A DNA stretch of 64,000 bases from Marsupella aquatica (Eukaryota; Plantae; Marchantiophyta), in NCBI GenBank assembly GCA_973895155.1, contig OZ316898.1, forward strand, positions 20,347,292-20,411,291, in the 5' to 3' direction. The position numbers and the translations under genes were made by a program. The notes beneath the pieces were generated by a model. The model saw nothing but the letters and a program-made list of their open reading frames with translations, searched no databases and was not told the DNA's origin. Of this stretch, positions 11,422-24,325 are shown piece by piece (positions within the stretch are counted from its first letter, which is position 1; the number at the start of each line of letters is the position of its first letter).

Positions 11422-14400
11422 ATGGCATTGGCGCTGCCGTCTCACAGTACAATGTCCTCAGCGCACCACCAATTCGCCACTTGCGTCGTCTGGAATCGGA
11501 ATGCAGGCCATTGCCCCAGGTTGAATAGGGTTTATCTCGTGCAAAGGTTGCAGATGTTTGGTCAAGGGTTGCCTGGCGCCTCTGCATTTTCTGCTCCCCT
11601 GCCAGACGGGTCTCAGGCCGGGAATTCAGCTGTGTGCTGCCCTGGCCCAGACAGCCAGCTCGGAGCACTGAGGAGAACTTGTTCATCTAATTTGTATCTA
11701 TGTAATCTTGTGGACCAAACACTACCCATCAGGTTCAGCTCGAATTTCTCTCAGGATAGGTCGAGAACCCAACGCAGAGCTCGGATTGCTGGATGTGTTG
11801 GAGCTTCAGCCGGGGCAGGAGGGATGGCTCTGAAACCTCTGCTTGACCAAGTCCTGCTCTTGGGAACAGTTTTCGGGGTGTACATTGCTGGTGGTGCTTC
11901 CCTGCCTCGTCTTCCACTGTTCTTGCCCAACAAATGGCCCTCCTCTGATACAGCCACATCCCAGAAGTAAGCTGTACATTCCATACAAAACGTTTTATGT
12001 AGATTTGTTTTAGCTATGATGTGTTGAATTTCAGGTCTAACTCTGGAAAACATCGTTTCACCGTACTCATAATGTGTGGTGGGCATTTTATGGACACGGT
12101 GGGTATGTGGTGAGGGACTCTGTTTGCCTGGGTAAGACTTGTTAGGAAAAATGACTATTGCACTGTCGGTGAACTATACTCAAAAAGGAAATGAAAACAC
12201 CAAAGTCACATTGGTGACATTTTTAAAGTTACCGAAAAATTTTCTTGCAGAAGTCTCTTCATGTAATACAAGATTTAAATTGCTCGTCCCCACAGCTCTA
12301 CATCCCATGTCTGAACTCCATATTCACATAGGTGCAGTAGAAATTAGAAGACATCATTTGAAGGTGATAATGACGACCAAGGTTGTTTCACTTAATAGGT
12401 CAGCGAAGCGAAGCTCAAGTGGGAAGCGGAAACCTAAACCTCAATCTCCTGAATCTTCCAGTGAGGATGGTTGGTCTCTTCTTCGATCCAAGCTCTCTCA
12501 AGCAGTATCAATGGAGACCGCTGAGGCGGATGAGGAAAAGGTTGTGAAGAGTCCAATGCTGGGATTACAAGCAATTTCTAGGGTACCCAGGCTACATTTG
12601 CTGTTGACGACTCTGCAGCATCTTCGAAAAGAGGCAGGTACTGACCACACGAACGTCTCTGTTTGATCCTTTCACAAACTGTGGTGACTCTCATTTTTCA
12701 GGACTCGGTATGCTACATGACCACATGTTGTCCGGAACAGAATAGTGGAACACTGATTCCATTCGTTGATTGGCAGGTTGAGGCCATACCCGACGACCAG
12801 CAGAAGTTGGACTTAGTTCAGTGGCAGGAACTTTCTTTGAGTGTCCTCTCGCGTGTGGTCGCACCGATATGCAGGAATTGGCTTTTTCAGGATGAACGTG
12901 TATCTGAAGACGATGGAGGTTCACATCAATTGGAAGTGAATGCGCTGGACAACATGATGAGTATTTTAAAAGATTCTGAGTCTATTCCAAGCTATGTAAA
13001 AAGGAGTGGAAAAGCAGGTCTTTATGCGGATCTTATATTTTTCTTGCGGTTTGGATCAGCCAGGTAATCTTTAGGGTTTTCTCGTTTTCCCTTTTCCACG
13101 TTTCACTCAATTAAACTGTGATCTCGTTGCTCAGTTCGAACTAAATATCCTTACGATCTACCCCTCTGACGGAACTTCTGTTTGTTACGTTCAGGGTGGG
13201 AGGCTGTTGTGATCATAGAGTGTTCAAGAAATATACCGGAAATGTTCTAGAGGATATGGTGGTGGCAATAGCTGACGTGGTTGCAACTCTTTTTCTCGAT
13301 TGCTCTTCTCTGTCAAGCTTAAGTCCCCACGGGGAAATGTGGCAGACTTTCTTATTGCCGTCAATTTTGTCGTCACGATCTCTAGAGAGGTTTCGAAACG
13401 AGGTACCTAGTCACTCTGAAATTAAGTGAAGGAATCGAGAGGCCATTCATGAAATCGTTATCAGCTTTTGTATAAGCTGTCTCTTGTGTATGTTGTGTTA
13501 CACCATAAGTTTCTGTCCATTATCTCTTCTAGTGTACCATGGCAAAAAAGTGAAATCTCTATCGCAATATATCGTGTGGCCTATCCCTTTACTAGGATTT
13601 TTCATTTTAGGTTTTGATCACAATCATTGGGGGTTCGTTCCTTCGAGACGCAGAGCAATTTTTGGGATACCTTTGGCTCTGTCCATATTAAATTCTGTAG
13701 TGACTCATGGGTCAAGCTTTTGAAGATGTAAAATAAGGGAGGCAATCCACCTGCATTTTCGTAACACAACCACGGCTTTTTGTAAGTAGATGTGATTTGT
13801 CGAAGATTTACAGAACAACCAATTTATGTACTCTTCCCTGACGTTGTCTCGTGTTTTATATGTAAGGTGGCGTTATCTGGGTGGTTGTATCAGAACTTTG
13901 CATCAGTTGCAGCAATGTTTGAAGACCGATTCGATCTTTGGAGTTTGCAAAGAAGTGTTACTTCAGCTGCAGGAAGGAAGTTGGAAAAATCTTCGACTAA
14001 TAAACCATTGAGGACAGTGATCGAAGCAAGGGCTGATGACTTGATGTTGACACTCTCCCAGCTGCCCGCACGGAGGAGTGTAGAATTGAAGGCTCTTAGA
14101 GGATGGTAAGTTGCATGTATTGCAATTAATCTTTTCTATTCCAAGCTCCACTCAAGTAACCGCAAATCCTGACGGGATTGGGAAGAAAATTAATGTGCGG
14201 GTTCTAATGAATTCTCGTGAAAAATTTGCTGTGCAGGAGATACTACTACAGTTTGTTTCTCGAGTTATCCGATGTAGTTGGTCCACTCATGAGCATTCTT
14301 GTATCCAAAGCCGGGGATGTTATTTCGTTTCTGCTAATTACGCTCATTGGTAGATCCCTGGGTCTCGTTTATCAAGGCATACGTCAGAGCGTCAGGTGGC

Positions 14401-14441
14401 CGATTAACCAGAAAGACGAGAGGTCTCCGAGGTCTATCTGA
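11422..14441 (+). CDS. Conserved uncharacterised plant protein, probably plastid-targeted (resembles Arabidopsis At5g48830 as I recall it)
   Basis: Exons 11422-11966, 12399-12633, 12777-13063, 13195-13402, 13867-14105, 14237-14441 are phase-compatible if intron 2 is GC-AG. Conserved-looking blocks: DQVLLLG, LYADLIFFLRFG, SRSLERFRNEVALSGWLYQN..AMFEDRFDL, ELKALRGWRYYYSLFLELSD, LIGRSLGLVYQGIRQSVRW. Confidence 0.85.
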
Positions 14442-15688
14442 AGTACAGTAGCTTTGGCGGGTTAACATTGTTTCACCCTGGTGATGGTTCATTAATTTTT
14501 GCACCTTCCTGCACATCAAAGGTTGCAGCCCAATTTTGTAAGTTTAGAAAATTCTCATCTTAATTGGATGAAGGTGCACTCCATACCCTACGTGGTTATT
14601 CTCTACACCAAGCTTGGCATATTTTCTTGATGGTCCTCTTATTTTATTGCGTAGATTTGTACCAGTAGGGCCGATTTTTTAATTAGAGAATTCTCAATTT
14701 AATTGGATGAAGGTGCTCACCATATGGCACAGGTCCTTTCCCGACACTTCTCTCTTTCTGTTTCATGGATTATTACGAGTGAAATGAGTGATTTGTGAGA
14801 ATACTACAGTATTGCATTGTGATATCGAATCAAAACTCGAAACAATTGGTAATAATCTGAGGGTACAAACTATTAAGAGTTAGATCACATTCATTTGGTA
14901 AGGTTCATGTTGTCGGGTCAGAAAACGAAATATATTTGAAAATGAATTGGGGTTTGGGCAATACCCAGAGATCATTTGTCAATGTCAATTAAGGTGTTAT
15001 ACAATTGATGAATCTGATATACCTATGCTACACCGATTTTTACATCGCCCACTTGAATTTGAAGGGCTCGAGTGTCCTGCAGGAGTGCACATACCTTCCT
15101 GGAGCATAGCCACCGCACAGGACAAAGTGACAGGACACAATACTCTAAAGAATCTGTGCGTAGTCACATACTTGAAAGGGCCGGACTGTGATCCATTGTT
15201 CTACCGGTAGCCAGTGTTTTTTAACCCAGAACCTTCCTTATCAGAGGGCCCATCTTCTCATGGAGAGGGCAAAAACACCCGGTGTGATGGAAAACGACCA
15301 GCGTCTTCTGACGAAACTATACATGATATCATCTTGAAAATGCCTGGTCTACGTACACCTCCTTGAGCAGTGCCTGGCTTTCGGTAGAATAATGGACACA
15401 TGTGACGAACGATTCCTTTCTTAATAGCAAGCTGAGAGGAGAACAGTTATTCCTCCTGTCAGTGCATTCCGGCCCTTACCAAACATGCTTTCGCTAAGGC
15501 TTCATTCATGGCTTAAAAATCTTGGACTGCCTGAGCCCAACCTCCAAAAGCAGCTTCGTCAATATGGGTAATCGTCACACATCGTCTCCACCTGTACAGA
15601 CGTGATGCGAGGCAAACATCCGAGATGTTCTATGTTTCAGTTGGTGGTGCCACTAATCGTGCGCGCCGTGATGGAGGACAAACGCTTT

Positions 15689-18402
15689 TCAAGTGTGGCC
15701 TTTGTAGGAGATGAACACACTCCATACCATCCCCAACACCCCAGCGGCAGCCACCTGATACACAAACAAAGTCATACAATCAACACGAGTGGAACACCCA
15801 GTAACGATGATCTGAGAAATTAGCTGCTACTATACGTCTATAAATGCTATGATCATTGCCTCGAAAAATGACATATATGATACATACACTACAAAAAAAG
15901 GTACTTGTACATACCCTGGAAGGAAACGTTCACTAAAATAGATGGCTTGTACTTGTCATCCACCAAAAATACCCTCATGACTAAAAGCTCGAAAAGACGA
16001 CTAAAAGATAAGCGCAGTTATTTCAGCTATACAAAATAATCCACTGTCACCATAGCGAGAGAAGAAAAAATCTGAGTGTCTCCATCGAGGATCCTTTCTT
16101 AGGACAATTAGTTTAGTCGTTCAGCTCATCCATGGCATATGCAACTTAGCCATAGAACCTACCTGAAGTTGAGGAGGGACGAATCCAAAATTCATAATTT
16201 GAAAAGGGATCCAAACTTTCCAGTTGGTAATTATAGTTGGCCACAAATCCTGAACAATGTTAGTTCATAAAACGAAGTTAGACAAAAAAATTCATCTTCC
16301 GACATTTCTCTTCAAAGGTCCACACTGTACTCGTGGGCTTGACGCACACCCAGTGTTCTAAACGTTTTCAATACAATTTGCAGTTGCACGACATGCACCA
16401 CTACTTCCATGATCTACTCTATTATGTCACGCCATCTTTAAGCTGATGAGAGCAGTCAAATGGATATGGGTGAAACAAATCAAACAAGGACGCACCTTTT
16501 CCAGTTTTGGTCTAATGTTATCTCTCCGATCCTCCAGTGTGAGGAGCACCACAAAGAAGCTCACCATCCCCAGAGGAGTAAAGATAAGCTGTTTTCCCGC
16601 CACCATCCCAACATGCATATCAGCCCTTCAAGTATCGGGAAGAACAACAGTGAACCAGCAGACTCCACACCAAAGAATTTTGTCACGAACGGTAAAATAA
16701 TGTGCCAGTCGTGACCGAAAGCTCTAGTAAATTTTTGAACTTTAGAGCCATCACAGCAATTGCTGCACAAAAACTCTTGCTTAAGCATATGACAAAGCAG
16801 GGATCCTTACTTGATCTAGAGCTATCCGAAGAAGGACCCCCCCGAAACCAGGTAACGGGACAATCATCGGTAGTGCCCCATACCTGCACATAATCGAATC
16901 ATTGTCAACATCGATTGCACAATTCCAGGAGACAAACATAACCAACTAATAAGTCCTTTCCAGAGTCGTCGTTTGATAAGACCAAATCCTTGCAAATTAA
17001 TCTACTTTCCTGAACCCAGATTGACATCTTTCTATTCATGTGATAAGAAAATTCAGACCTGTATAAAATCTGAAAGCAATCCAGACATTTACAACCAGTG
17101 TGATCACAGTACACAGCAACAAACAAGCACACAATAGAACCCATCTACGAGCTGGAGAAGATAAGATACCAGAAATGGAGCCCAGGGCCGCTGAGAAAAA
17201 TTCCGATGGACATAAATGAAACTAGGCGCTTCCAATCAACTTCATCCAGCTTCTCTATGAAAATCTACAAAGCCACACAAAATTCCATGTTGAAAACGGA
17301 GTAGATTGCGCGTGCATTGCTTAGGTACGGGACTGCAAACTTGAGGTGTTTCGTAGTCCTAGCAAAATAATGTTAAAGTGTATTGCTCTAACTGACGAAC
17401 ATGCATGTCAAAGGTAACACAAAAGTACCTGGCAGAAGAGGTCCGCAAACGCATTCATGAGACCCGCAGTAAGACTTTTCGATACGAGAGGATGAGTCTC
17501 TAAAAGACCGTTGTACCTGACCGAGGACAACAAATAAGAGGATGAGCGAGAAGCAGAACCCCCGCCGTTTTCTACACAAACTCTTAGGAAAATCGCAAAT
17601 AAGAAGGGCTCAGTTTCTATGTTTGAAAGAATTGAATGCACCTCGTCAGTGCAGCCAGCAAGCCAAGACCACAACCGAGACACTGCAATTGCCTCCGGCG
17701 TTTGTATGGGTACTAGAGCTAGAAAGTTGGAAAAAAATCTCGAATGAGAGGCGCTTTTCATCTACAGATCAAGCCGGATTCAAGACAATACGAATTGATG
17801 GGGAGAGAAGGTTAGCGGGGGTTAGCTCAATTGCAACTTTTTCCATCACTGCAAAAGTATACCACTTTGCGCTTTGGTGAGGATTCAAATACTGACCAGA
17901 GCCACAAGGCGATGCCAAACCGGGGAACAATCTGGCCTGCACCCCCTCCTCCTGGAACACCACTAGGACCATCACTTCCACCACCACCACCACCCCCACC
18001 ACCAAATCCTCCGTTGCCGCCGATATTATCCCCCCCGCCATCATTACTAAGTCCAGCTTTGTCACCAGCAGATACCTTGGCTAGCATCCAAAAGAAATCC
18101 GCACCTCCCCGCCTTCCCAGCCCCCGGCTGGTACCGTTGCCTAACCCGAATCCAAATCCGAATCCCCTCCGCGTCAGAGAATTGCCTCCATCCATGCCAT
18201 ATTGCGCCAGCTGCTGCTGCGGCGAAGGGGCCATTTGCCCTAGTAACTTCGGCATTCCCTCGCGGCTCGCGCACACTATTGCTCGCGTTGTCGATCTCCA
18301 CACTTGCCCTCCCCTTGCTCCTCCTGCTGTTGGTGATGATACTCCTCGACCAACGATTCCCCCGCATCCGCAAAGTTCCGTCGCCAGTCTCGTCGTGCTC
18401 AT
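15689..18402 (-). CDS. Mpv17/PMP22 family membrane protein with transit-peptide-like, Gly-rich N-terminus (7 exons)
   Basis: Exons 18402-17897, 17516-17429, 17264-17170, 16883-16811, 16588-16496, 16249-16163, 15754-15689, all GT-AG. Motifs: WYNGLLETHPLVSKSLTAG..AFADLFCQ, DWKRL, GPGLHFWY, ALDQLIFTP, NWKVWIPFQIMNFGFVPPQLQV, WSVFIS. Confidence 0.93.
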
Positions 18403-20106
18403 TGTTCTCTATGTCTGTCTACTACCTGACTAAGTCCCTGCCCTCCTCCTCTCCTCTCTCTCCTCTCCTCTCGTCCCCGCTGTTTCACTTTCTCGATCCA
18501 AAACGAAATCCAACTTCCTACTCTTTCTTTTACTTCCAGTGCTTTGCTTTGTCCCTGTAACAAAGTTTTAAGACCTGCCCAACACGTCTCGAGAGTCTCT
18601 TGTGACTCCCGCTTCTTCTCCGTTTCGGCTCCCCTCTCCTCGTTTCGTTCTTTCTTTTGTCCTCGTCACAGGGGAGGGGCGTCTTCGTCTTCTCGTTTCG
18701 GGTGTCCTCTCCTCTCCTCTCCTCTCCTCTCCTCTGTTTCTGGCTATTATTTAATCAGAAGACAATTTTCCTCAGCTCTGGAGAATAATTCTGCTCTCCT
18801 CCACTCCAACAGAGAGCACTCAAATAGAAGAAGCTCTCCCTCAAATGCTCTGCTCTTCTCTCTAACGCAGCAGAATGCTCAATTCGAATATTTCGTAGCG
18901 CTCTCTCCTCTCCTCCCCTCCCCTCCCTACAACAGTGGAAAACGCTCAATCACAAGAAGGCGAACCAAAAAACCTTTCGGGATTGTCGTCTGCTCTCCTC
19001 GCTCTTCGCCGATTCCTTCCGCGTCTTCGGGAGCCCTTCCGCTTCGGAGGGTCCACTGCTCTCGATTCTCTCTTTGCGCACACGAAAGCGAAGAAGCGAA
19101 GAAGCAAACAAGCAATTCAGAATGTTGATCTTTCACGAGCTCGTCGAATTCTTCATCACTTCATGTCAACTCTGCTCACTTTGCGACAGAAACAGAAACG
19201 TCCACACGAAACGGACCTCTTCTCTATTGGCGGAAGAATATACCCCGCTTTATCTGGATAACCTTTATTAGTTGGCGGCTCCTCCAGCTTTGCCGGGCGC
19301 CAGGTGTTTGTTCGAGGCGGGTTTGCGCTAGAAGACGCTATTTCGGTGGGGCCGCCAGTTTGGCAGCGCGCCAGGTGCCTGCGTCCGGTGATCTCGATTG
19401 AACACGTGCCGCCGTTTCAACCATCTCTCATCGGCTCGCTGGCAGTACATTTTGGAAGCATAGGTATAGATATTTGGCAATTATTCTCCCATGGATCATG
19501 GCATCTCTTACACTTTACTCAAGATTTAGCAGGACCCCTCTCGCATCTACTGGACCTTGTGAGTTCTTGCCATGAAGACCGGGCAACATAGACAGTACGA
19601 GGGGTCTTGTTAAGTCTTTATGGCATCTTGCTGGACTATTAAATACTTAACAAAAGATGCTAGAGGGGTCCTATTAAATCTATTCTTGAAATCCAAGAGA
19701 TGCCAGAGGGGTCTTGTTAAATCTTTTTCTTGCATTGACACCCTTTTAGTTTCCCAAACCATTTTGAAGTACAATGTTCAAAGTTTCATATCTCCCTCCA
19801 TATCCAAAGGATTTGGCTATTCTTGAGCCCTGCTTAGAAAACTGCTTCGAAGCATTTGTCCAACCAGCCTAATATCTCTAGTTTTCATGAAAAATAGAGA
19901 AGGCTATGAATTTCTAAAGAATACTTCATCACTCCGTGTACTCACTCTGGGCTTCCTGATGTTTTTGAGTAGCTAACTTTGACATTCATCTGGTTTTTGT
20001 AGAAACAACTTAGAAAGATTTGTCCTATGAGCCTAGTATAGTTAACTTCATTGAGAATGGAGAGGCCGACAAATTTCCAAAGATTTTCTCATTTCTTGCT
20101 TCATTT

Positions 20107-20274
20107 CACTCAGAGGTGCAATGTGTATTATATGAGCAGAACAGAGTGTCTTGCTAAAGTCCATCCAGGTTTGCAAAAATCTATTTGAACACTCAGAGGT
20201 GCACTATGTAGTATATGAGCAGAACAAAGTGTTTTGCTAAAGTCCATCCAGGTTTGCAAAAATCTACTTGAACA
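20107..20274. repeat. Tandem duplication, ~83-bp unit x2
   Basis: cactcagaggtgca...tatatgagcagaaca.agtgt.ttgctaaagtccatccaggtttgcaaaaatcta.ttgaaca at 20107 and 20190. Confidence 0.93.
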
Positions 20275-20647
20275 TTTTGACAAGAACTTCCATGTGTGCT
20301 TCATTTCTGAATTCTGGTGACAATATAAAGCCAACCTTTGCGCATCCTTTTCTTTTTTCCCTTCATTGGATATTTTTATTTGGGAGGATATAATCACGTG
20401 TTCTCTGACAAGTGAGTTCCTAGTCTTCCATATGTTCCAAGGTGTGACAACACACCACCTTTTATGAGGGAGGAGTTCATAAGAGTCAGGTCAAGGGTCG
20501 ATCTTACTGCTCTAGAGATGTCTTGTATCATAGCTTGGGCCATTGACACAACCCAACGCCAAATCCTCATTGCAAGCTCACATCCCCACAGACAGTGGGG
20601 CTATCCTCCATTAATTGCTTCTCAACACATCTTGGGCAGCAGGTGTG

Positions 20648-20827
20648 TAAGGAAGGAAGGGCTTAACTGCCCTCCCACAACTTGAGGGCTTGATGGACAC
20701 CGAAGACGGCTACGAGGCTTAACCAGGCCCTTAGCAGGAGTCTAAGCAAGGAAGGGCTTAACTGCCCTCCCACAACTTGAGGACTTGATGGACACCAAAG
20801 ACCGCTATGAGGCTTAACCAGGCCCTT
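20648..20827. repeat. Tandem duplication, 95-bp unit x2
   Basis: aaggaagggcttaactgccctcccacaacttgagg.cttgatggacacc.aagac.gcta.gaggcttaaccaggccctt at 20653 and 20748. Confidence 0.93.
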
Positions 20828-21079
20828 CTCATTGTGAACCAATGAAAGTTACTTAAACTAGCCCGATTACCTGTTCCTTGAAAGTAAACATATATGAAGA
20901 AAAAAATCTTGCACAATTATATTTCTATGCTATTTCGTTAATGCTCATTTTAAGTATTTTTTATTGAGATTCATGATCACTTTTGTCATAGGAGGATGGC
21001 ACTCATCTTATTTGATATCAACTCTTGCTTCGAACAGGTTGCCGCCATTCTCAATCGTTCTCCTGATTGACAGACATAA

Positions 21080-22560
21080 GACAATTTAGAAGTGTCTACC
21101 ACATTGACAAAGTGTTAGCTATTTGCTCGAATGGATTCTTCCTGTCTCGCTGTTGTCAGACAGCGTTACTAACTTCCATGTAGATTAGTCATTACAATGT
21201 AGATGAATGCTCATGCCGTGTTTGCTTAACCTGTTTATCAAGTTCAGAGAACAAGGAAGATGTGACACAGATTTTGCTTTTCTCACTGGTCCCTGCATTA
21301 TCATTTCACCGAAGTAATACAGAATGTGGTCTTCCTTTCTTCGAGAAGCTGGATTTGGGGACTTATGCTGAAGAGCTCCTTGTTGACAATATGTTGAACC
21401 TGCCTCAACGGACTTATTTCTGCGGAAACTGGCCCTGCAATCAGGTTACAAAGGCACATTAGCGTAGCTTGGGGATCTCCCTGGTGTTCAGGTTGACTTC
21501 CATGTTGATCATGCTCGTCTTTATTTTTCGTTCTATTATGCATCTCAAATGTGACAGAGTCATGACCCCCTTAGGCATTTCGATGAAAGAAATCTGACAT
21601 GGGAGCTTTCTTGTTCTTGAAAGATTGATAGTCAGACTCGCCAAGCTTTCATTATATATGGTTCCTATGACCGGAGTACGAGGAGTTCTCAGTGGTCGTA
21701 AAGCTGTCAGTGGGCTCTCAGAATGCACATAATGCTGGATCTGCTGCGATTGAAGCATTGGCTTTGTATGTTCGTTTGGATGCGTCATACGAGATGCAAT
21801 TCCAAACCCTTCAAACCCTCCTCATGGAATGGAAATTGGTAAAATGCAAATCACATCAGTATATATAGTTTGCCCCCAGAATCAGAAGACCCGAGAGCTA
21901 TTTCTTCCACATCGTGACGAAGGTGAAATTCCAGAACATGATTGGCTCACGCTCTCTCGTTGGGACCGTGGCAACAAATGAATGACTATAGGCGCTACCT
22001 GGAGAGGAGACCCTGTCTTAGTGTAGGCACGAGATTGATAATGAAAATGTTTTCATCAGTCCTTGAATATATTTCTCACTAGACTCCCTCAAAACTGCTC
22101 TCGTTCTGCATCCACTCGAAGCATCGACTTGCGCAAGGCTGGATCTTTGGAGTACACGACGATGAAACAGAGGTTGTATGGGTGACGATAGGAAGGCTAC
22201 AAGTGTTGATGCGACCGTTGTTGGCCTATGGCGAATCACTGGCTGGCAAGCTTTTGTCTTGATCGGAGGTTTAGGTAAGGTACTATAAGTCCTTGAGAAG
22301 GTTGATTATCCATTGGTATCATTTTACCCCGGGAGTTTTCTGCTGTGTTTTTACTCCTTTTGTCACATAGTCGACTGAAAATGTTGGCTCTTGACAACAA
22401 CTTTCCCTCTGTTTGGGGATTGCTTCCGTTATTGAACAGGCCAGTGTCGTTCAGCAAGCTTACAGTTTCTACCTCTCTCAAATACCCCGAAAAGGGTCAC
22501 GAAACGTACTTTTCTAAATTTTATGAAGACGTAGTATAGCGTCCTATCACTGTTGCTCGT
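21080..22560 (+). pseudogene. Possible decayed intronless ORF of unknown family
   Basis: Successive protein-like plus-strand segments broken by stops and frameshifts (FRSVYHIDKVLAICSNG, GDLPGVQVDFHVDHARLYFSFYY, AGSAAIEALALYVRLDASYEMQF, IASVIEQASVVQQAYSFY). No family recognised. Confidence 0.3.
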
Positions 22561-22642
22561 TGACCTTCACAGTGATGCGAGAAAAATTCAATCGTGGGGA
22601 ACAAGATTGACGTCATACTCCTAACATCCAGGCAGCTGATGT

Positions 22643-23495
22643 CGGACAACTTGCGTTCGAGACAAAATAACATAAAACGATTCCCCATGTGCCCGAAGAG
22701 TAATCGTTTTGAAGCCACTGATTGCAATAAAATAAGTTCCCAGGAATACAGTTCACTAGTTTACCTGGGTCTAGTACCGGCGGGTCCATAGTTATGGGCA
22801 GCCTCTCTCGGACATGTGATTATCGTTCCAGACTGACTTTAGAAGTTATGCATCATTCATTTTCCGGAAGAAAGAAACAGTACCAAGCCCACGGTGCTTT
22901 CTCCAGCCATGCAATGAGAACCGTAGATGATGAGACACATGGATCAGAGCCTAGACTATTTATCACTCATCTTCGTGAACAAAGGAAAGTTAAAATCTGC
23001 TTGAACAAATCTGCTCCAACAAAATTACAGTACCGGGCCTTCAATGCTTTCCGTAGCCATTGAGAAAAGCGCGGCCAACTTGCGTTGGAGACAAAATAAC
23101 ATAAAATGATTCCCCATATGCCCGAAGAGTTATCGTTTTGAGGCCACTGATTGTAGTAAATGAGTTCCCAGGATTACAATTGACCAACTGACCTGGGTCC
23201 AGTACCGGCGGGTCCATAGTTATGGGCAGCCTCTCTCGGACATGTGATTATCGTTCCAGACTGACTTTACTTATGCATCATTCATGTTCCTGAAGAAAGA
23301 AACAGCACCAAGCCCACAGTGCTTTCTCCAGCCATGCAATGAGAACCACAGATGATGAGACACAGGGATCAGAGCCTAGACTATGTATCATTCATCTTCG
23401 TGAACAAAGGAAAGTTAAAATCTGCTTGAACAAATCTGCTCGAACAAACTACAGTACCGGGCCTTCAATGCTTTCCGAAGCCATTGAGAAAAGCG
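22643..23495. repeat. Tandem direct duplication, ~429-bp unit x2
   Basis: Copies start caacttgcgtt.gagacaaaataacataaaa at 22647 and 23076 and both end ccattgagaaaagcg; high similarity with scattered substitutions and small indels. Confidence 0.97.
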
Positions 23496-24325
23496 TCACT
23501 CACCAGTCCTGTTCTGACAGTACCCTGCACCATACTTCCCCAACATGACTGTGTTTGGGCCATTTTCGAGCCCCATCACAACAACTGAACTTTGTTTAAG
23601 CCAAAAATTCCGAGAGAGTTTGTCGGATCTGCTTCTCCATCAAGCCAATACGGAGCTGAAGGTGTAGGTACAGGAAGTAGGTGGAGGTATTGTAGATGGG
23701 CGTTTATGAAGAACTTCGTGATGGAACGAAGGAAAGGCTCACTGCACACGGACTGTACGCATGTGTGAATTCTTTAGCTTAGCACTGTAGAATTCCATTT
23801 GGGGTGGTGTGCCTGGTCCTTTTCGTCCTTGTGTGTTTTTGTTTTTTTTTCTGCCTTGAAACCGAAAGCTGACCCATCGAACACAAGATAGACTATCAGG
23901 AGCATGCACCTCTATAGGGTAGCCAACAAAGGTGGGGTCATGCATAGGAGGGGGAGAGGGTTTACCAGAGCCCAAAGCGGACCAACCGGGGCTGAGGAAA
24001 AACCCTCGTCTTTATTGTAAATAAATCACCCTTGACAGATCGATCTCTAATCCTGTCTAATAGAACTGGGGGACCTCCTATGACATATAACTTTGGACTT
24101 CTTATCGTATTTTGCAGGTGGGACTTTCTCCTAGATTGTTGTTTTCGATTTCTGAAGCTTACGACAATTGATGTGATGTGATACATCAGATTCCGATTTC
24201 CCTACAGCTTTGATGAGCTTGCTATAGAACGTACATCTTCAGCTCGACGCCGGGGCCCAGCTCTAACAACACTCCGGGGCTTTAATCTAGGGAACGATCA
24301 GGTCGACGACGCATGACCAGGTGAA

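Noticed and set aside
17831-18433. Pro-rich 200-aa plus-strand ORF
   Set aside because: Antisense shadow of the Gly-rich first exon of the Mpv17/PMP22 gene.
18544-19128. 194-aa Ser/Leu-rich ORF
   Set aside because: Arises from CT-rich leader/promoter sequence; no protein motifs.
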